64,000 nucleotides of DNA, from positions 6,448,001-6,512,000 of the forward strand of contig CATOCA020000001.1 of NCBI GenBank assembly GCA_951406725.2. Reading direction: 5' to 3'. Within the stretch, counting starts at the first letter, position 1, and the number at the start of each line of letters is the position of its first letter. This document shows, piece after piece, positions 56,934 to 64,000 of the stretch. Below the pieces are notes generated by a model, which saw only the letters and a list, made by a program, of their open reading frames with translations, searched no databases and was not told where the DNA came from. Source of the DNA: Octopus vulgaris (Eukaryota). The translations under genes were made by a program, and so were the position numbers.

Positions 56934-58287
56934 TATGTGCATATATATATAATCATATATTAATTCTATCATGAGATTACAGCATTGAAATTATAACATA
57001 GGTTTTGATTTTAAGACAAAATTACTTAAACATTACTTTAAGAAGGGGCAACTTCACTGTTCTAAGGTGTCGAACCTATCTTCCTAAACTTAATTACGTT
57101 TTTTTCTAAACGAAATGAACAACTTGTCACAAATCAAACCCTTTAATTGGACTTTATTTATGAAATTTATCATGGCTGTTCTTTCTGTCTTTATCTCCTA
57201 CCACAACACTTCCTAGTCAATATTATTATTATTGATTTTGTCTAACCACTGTGTTCAATACATTGATATTTTGCTTCTGTTGATGTCATTTATAATGTAT
57301 TCAGTATCGCACGGTAACTAAGGATTTCAGAGGGAGTTGGAAGGTGATATTTGCACATACATACCTACATACATATATACATACATATATACATACAAAC
57401 ACACATACACACACACATACATACATACATACATACATACATACATACATACATACATACATACATACATACATGCATACATACATATACAGATACGTAC
57501 ACACATACATATATTTTATGGTCCCTTCAGTCATTGCAAAAAAGTTTTGAATTAGGGCTTAGTTTTGATGTTTAGGGAACCACAAAACTATGCATTAGCT
57601 GGGATTAATTAGCTAGCGAAATCTGTTTATGCGTAATTTTCTAAATGTTTTATCTGCGACGGTAAATAACAAAATTAGATTCCGGAAGGAAAATTAAAGC
57701 AATATCCTAATTTTGAAAAAGACAATACAATATTTTGGAGTGAAAACTCAAAAATGAATGTTTAACATGTAGTTATATAGTAGCTTTGCTTGTTACTATG
57801 GAAACAGGTACGTATGTGACTGCGGCTAACCATTTCTGAAAATGACCTTCTGTTCGAAGTTTCAACGTTATATAGATAATTACATACACACTCTTACACA
57901 CATATACATAAACATATGTACACATATCTATCTATACATGCATAAATATATATAAATTCCAATATACACACAGGCAAACACACACACACATATAAATATG
58001 TATATAGATATATGTATATATGGGTATAAATATATATATGTTTATGTATATAAACACATACATATTATGCATATTTATATGTATATATACATATTATTAT
58101 ATATATATCCATGTATTTATATACACCTATATATTATATATATATATATATTTCATTTCATTATATAACAATGTTATCATGAGATTACCCCTTTGAGATT
58201 ATAACATAAGTGTCCATCTTAAAACTATCAACAATGCATACATCGCTCTCCCCAAACCCACCCTCTCCCTCCCTCCATCCCTCCCTA

Positions 58288-58318
<31 letters not shown>

Positions 58319-60049
58319 GTCACTATATTAAATATATATTATATTGTGTGTGTGTTTGTGTGAGTGTGTGTGTTTGTGTGAGTGTGTGTGTGTGCGCGTG
58401 GGTGAATTTGCCATGAAAGACGAAGGTTGCGTCAAATCATTACCATCAATGAGGTATTGAGTGATTTGCTGTTTCCTAGAAACTGATAAACAACAGAATG
58501 TCTCTATCTGCCCATCTCTCTGTTTCTCTCTCTCTTTCTCTCTTTCTTTCTCTCTCTCTCTCGCCAGCGCCCGCGCATACAGAGACACGCATAACATATA
58601 AATATTGCTTGCCAACCATATGGTTCCCGGTTCAGTCCCAGTGCGTGCCACCATGGGGAAGTGATTTCTACTTTAATCTTGGGCTACCTAAAGTCTTCTC
58701 AGTGAATTCGGTAGACAGAAACTGAAAGAAGACCGTCGAATACACACACACACACACACATACACACACACACACAAACACACACTCAAACACATCTATG
58801 TATGTATGAAAAGCTGGACTCATGAGTCATCTTCGTAGTCATAAAACGAGACAGATGAGTGACAACCTGGCCACTGGTGGTGGTGTAACACACCATACTA
58901 ATCATATCTGTCGGGCATATGCAAGTGAGTGTAATACGGCAGGAGGACTTAAACGACATGCAAAGGTACATGAAGCCCAGATACGACTACAGCCGGCTAT
59001 TACCAGTAAATGATTTTGTTGCCAATTTTGTACAAGACATTGTAGATTCGGCAGTTTTCTTTAGAAACAAATGGCCCAGGTTCCTGTAATTCATTGCCTT
59101 TTATTCTTTTATTTTTTCAGTCATTTGACTGCCGCAATGCTGGAGCATCGTCTTACACACACACACACACGCACACACACACACACACACAGACACACAT
59201 GTGTGTGTGTGTGTGTGTGTGCATGATTGGGAAGAAACCAAGACATGTCAACAATTTCAAAAGATCCGATGCAAAAGGCTGCTCAGAGAGTGAGAGACAA
59301 AGGCAGAGAGAGACAGAAAGTGTGAGAGAGAGAGAGAGAGTAAGAGAGAGTCTATCTGAGGGAGAGTTTATAGATTATATGAAAGGAATTAAAATATTAA
59401 CATTGTTATAATTTAATGTAATGCAATTAAGAGTTGTGATACTGTGAACACTTTAATACCAAAACGTATGACTACTACACATTGTAATCTTTACATAATC
59501 AAATAAATATCAGGCTTTTTTACTCATTTCTGGTTTCAAATACTCCTGAACAGTAAATGCGAATTTCGTTTACTAACTTTCGTTTGTGATTCTCCAAAAT
59601 ACATTCTTATAAACTGTATAGTTTGTACTTAACAGAGTATTACTATAAATATAATAGCAAAAAATTCGGAAGTGTATTCGACTAACGTTCCCTTTTCATT
59701 TCGAGACGGTAGGAGTAAATGTAAAGTATTATTATATTGATAGAAGCCACTTTTACTTGGCCTTAAGTGAATGTTCGACTTCGTTCGAGTTAGGCGTTGC
59801 TTTTAACATATAAAACTGTGTCTTGGGTTCGGGTACAGAAAATGTTCGACGGAACCGTGTGGTGGACGTATCCAACTTAAAGACAACGGGATTTTAATGT
59901 AATATGAAAGACTACATACACACTCTTACAAACATATATATATACACATATATACATATACAACTGTATATATACACACGCGCAAACATATAAACATATA
60001 TATATGTATACATATATATGTATATTCAAACACGTATGTATATATACAC

Positions 60050-60096
<47 letters not shown>

Positions 60097-60340
60097 TATA
60101 TATGTATATATGTATACACATATACGTATATATATATAAATATGTATATATATATATATATACACGCAAACATATAAACATGTATATATATGTATACACA
60201 TATACGTATATTTATAAATATGTGTATGTACATATATATATATATATATGTATACATATGTATGTATATATGTATATATACATAGTTATATATATATATA
60301 TATATATATACGTATATGTATATATATATAGTTACATATA

Positions 60341-60378
<38 letters not shown>

Positions 60379-60381
<3 letters not shown>

Positions 60382-61181
60382 TAATACTAAGTAATTAAGG
60401 GTTTAGCAACGAATTGCCTCACCAACATACCGAATTTAGAAATAGCAGTCAAAGAGATATAGCTATTCCTTCTACTAAAAGGGGGATCTCAGTAAAAACA
60501 CAGCACTTAAAAGGCAAACACAGACAGGTAAGAAAGAAAGAATGAAATGACGGCAATCCATCATGCAATTTTAAGTTATCTACGGACGTACGTTTCGAGA
60601 TCAAGTTTTAGGATATCATAAGAATTAGAAAATTCTACTTTACCCAGATTTCTTCTCTCATCGGCGCAGGATACTACAATTGTGAATAATTGTATATTAA
60701 ATTTTGAGATACTAGAATGCGTCATCTCAACTCAGTGTCAGAGCGAGCCAAAGCATGACCAGTACCACGAAATTCAAAGTTTGAATGAAAGTTTGTGTCA
60801 CCAGCCCCCTTCCACCCGCGTGCAGCCAAGACAAAATGCTGTGGTCATTTACTGGGATAAAATATGGTTATCAGTAATAATAAAAGGGTGAAATTAATTA
60901 ATTAGGGATAATTATCAATTACACCAAGTAGATTTCGGTATGTAAAAGCCCCATTCGAGGAAAATTTAAGTAATACTAAGTAATTAAGGGTTTAGCAACG
61001 AATTGCCTAACCAACACACCGAATTTAGAAATAGCAGTCAAAGAGATATAGCTATTCCTTCTACTAAAAGGGGGATCTCAGTAAAAACACAGCACTTAAA
61101 AGGCAAACACAGACAGGTAAGAAAGATAGAATGAAATGAGGGCAATCCATATCCCTAATTAATTTCACCCTTTTATTATTA

Positions 61182-61187
<6 letters not shown>
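60379..61187. mobile_element. Penelope/retrozyme-like insertion: 589-bp monomer, ~180-bp direct repeat, short inverted end
   Basis: gtaatactaagtaattaagggtttagc at 60381 and 60970; 61151-61187 inverts ~60869-60909; flanked by (TA)n. Confidence 0.85.
60580..60669 (-). ncRNA. Type I hammerhead ribozyme motif with U4C core variant and long stem II insert
   Basis: Minus strand: CTGCG-CCGATGA-GAGA..TCTC-GAAA-CGTACG-TC-CGTAG; stem I CTGCG/CGTAG; stem III ACGTACGT; cleavage triplet GTC. Confidence 0.75.
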
Positions 61188-61279
<92 letters not shown>

Positions 61280-61286
61280 CATATAG

Positions 61287-61323
<37 letters not shown>

Positions 61324-62536
61324 TATGTGCATATATATATAATCATATATAAATTCTATCATGAGATTACAGCATTGAAATTATAACATAAGTTTTGATT
61401 TTAAGACAAAATTACTTAAACATTACTTTAAGAGGGGGCAACTTCACTGTTCTAATGTGTCGAACCTATCTTCCTAAACTTAATTAGGTTTTTTTCTAAA
61501 CGAAATGAACAACTTTTCACAAATCAAACCCTTTAATTGGACTTTATTTATGAAATTTATCATGGCTGTTCTTTCTGTCTTTATCTCCTACCACAACACT
61601 TCCTAGTCAATATGATTATTATTGATTTGGTCTAACCATTGTGTTCAATACATTGATATTTTGCTTCTGTTGATGTCATTTGTAATGTATTCAGTATCGC
61701 ACCGTAACTAAGGATTTCAGAGGGAGTTGGAAGGTGATATTTGCACATACATACCTACATACATATATACTTACATATATACATACATACACACATACAC
61801 ACACACATACATACATACATACATACATACATACATACATACATAGATACATACATACATACATACATACATACATACATGCATACATACATATACAGAT
61901 ACGTACACACATACATATATTTTATGGTTCCTTCAGTCATTGCATAAAAGTTTTGAATTAGGGCTTAGTTTTGATGTTTAGGGAACCACAAAACTGTGCA
62001 TTAGCTGGGATTAATTAGCTAGCGAAATCTGTTTATACGTAACTTTCTAAATGTTTTATCTGCGACGGTAAATAACAAAATTAGATTCCGGAAGGAAAAT
62101 TAAAGCAATATCCTAATTTTGAAAAAGACAATACAACATTTTGGAGTGAAAACTCAAAAAATGAATGTTTAAAATGTAGTTATATAGTAGCTTTGCTTGT
62201 TACTATGGAAACAGGTACGTATGTGACTGCGGCTAACCATTTCTGAAAATGACCTTCTGTTCGGAGTTTCAACGTTATATAGATAATTACATACACACTC
62301 TTACACACATATACATAAACATATGTACACATATCTATCTATACATGCATAAATATATATAAATTCCAATATACACACAGGCAAACACACACACACATAT
62401 AAATATGTATATAGATATATGTATATATGGGTATAAATATATATATATGTGTATGTATATAAACACATACATATTATGCATATTTATATGTATATATACA
62501 TATTATTATATATATATCCATGTATTTATATACACC

Positions 62537-62568
<32 letters not shown>

Positions 62569-62713
62569 TTCATTTCATTATATAACAATGTTATCATGAG
62601 ATTACCCCTTTGAGATTATAACATAAGTGTCCATCTGAAAACTATCAACAATGCATACATCGCTCTCCCCAAACCCACCCTCTCCCTCCCTCTCTCCCTC
62701 CCTCTCTCCCTCC

Positions 62714-62751
<38 letters not shown>

Positions 62752-63156
62752 GTCACTATATTAAATATATATTATATTGTGTGTGTGTTTGTGTGAGTGT
62801 GTGTGTGTGCGCGTGGGTGAATTTGCCATGAAAGACGAAGGTTGCATCAAATAATTATCATCAATGAGGTATTGAGTGCTTTGCTGTTTCCTAGAAACTG
62901 ATAAACAACAGAATGTCTCTATCTGCCCATCTCTCTGTTTCTCTCTCTCTTTCTCTCTTTCTTTCTCTCTCTCCCTCTCGCACGCGCCCGCGCATACAGA
63001 GACACGCATAACATATACATATTGCTTGCCAACCATATGGTTCCCGGTTCAGTCCCAGTGCGTGCCACCATGGGCAAGTGATTTCTACTTTAACCTCGGG
63101 CTACCTAAAGTCTTCTCAGTGAATTCGGTTGACAGAAACTGAAAGAAGACCGTCGA

Positions 63157-63188
<32 letters not shown>

Positions 63189-64000
63189 CTATGTATGTAT
63201 GAAAAGCTGGACTCATGAGTCATCTTCGTATTCATAAAACGAGACAGATGAGTGACAACCTAACCACTGGTGGTGGTGTAACACACCATACTAATCATAT
63301 CTGTCGGGCATATGCAAGTGAGTGTAATACGGCAGGAGGACTTAAACGACATGCAAAGGTACATGAAGCCCAGATACGACTACAGCCGGCTATTACCAGT
63401 AAATGATTTTGTTGCCAATTTTGTACAAGACATTGTAGATTCGGCAGTTTTCTTTAGAAACGAATGACCCAGGTTCCTGTAATTCATTGCCTTTTATTCT
63501 TTTATTTTTTCAGTCATTTGACTGCCGCAATGCTGGAGCATCGTCTTACACACACACACACACACACACGCACACACGCACACACACAGACACACATGTG
63601 TGTGTGTGTGTGTGTGTGTGTGCATGATTGGGAAGAAACCAAGACATGTCAACAATTTCAAAAGATCCGATGCAAAAGGCTGCTCAGAGAGTGAGAGACA
63701 AAGACAGAGAGAGACAGAAAGTGAGAGAGAGAGAGAGTAAGAGAGAGTCTATCTGAGGGAGAGTTTATAGATTATATGAAAGGAATTAAAATATTAACAT
63801 TGTTATAATTTAATGTAATGCAATGAAGAGTTGTGATACTGTGAACACTTTAATACCAAAACGTATGACTACCACACATAGTAATCTTTTCATAATCAAA
63901 TAAATATCAGGCTTTTTTACTCATTTCTGGTTTCAAATACTCCTGAACAGTAAATGCGAATTTCGTTTACTAACTTTCGTTTGTGATTCTCCAAAATACA

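Overview
Repeat-saturated, AT-rich animal genomic DNA. The SINE/LINE repertoire, (TA)n/(TATG)n/(GATA)n microsatellites and RTE with PHD-like insert suggest an octopod cephalopod (inference). No intact host gene is recognisable, and almost all listed ORFs are microsatellite artefacts. 1-24.9 kb is a mosaic of tRNA-derived SINEs, a decayed mariner, a candidate solo LTR, a near-intact 5'-truncated CR1-clade LINE, RTE and RLE-type LINE pieces, and a CRESS-DNA-virus-like capsid gene (13.4-14.2 kb) that appears to split a SINE. After a 100-N gap, 25.0-64.0 kb is a tandem array of four ~6.7-6.9 kb units and three ~3.5 kb deletion-derivative units. Two observations stand out. (1) A family of non-coding, (TA)n-inserted elements at 19.3, 45.2 and 60.4 kb carries type I hammerhead ribozyme folds with palindromic stem III; two have circularly permuted monomers of 564 and 589 bp (Penelope/retrozyme-like). 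(2) The endogenous viral capsid has two compensating homopolymer frameshifts. All calls come from reading the sequence by eye; no database search was run.
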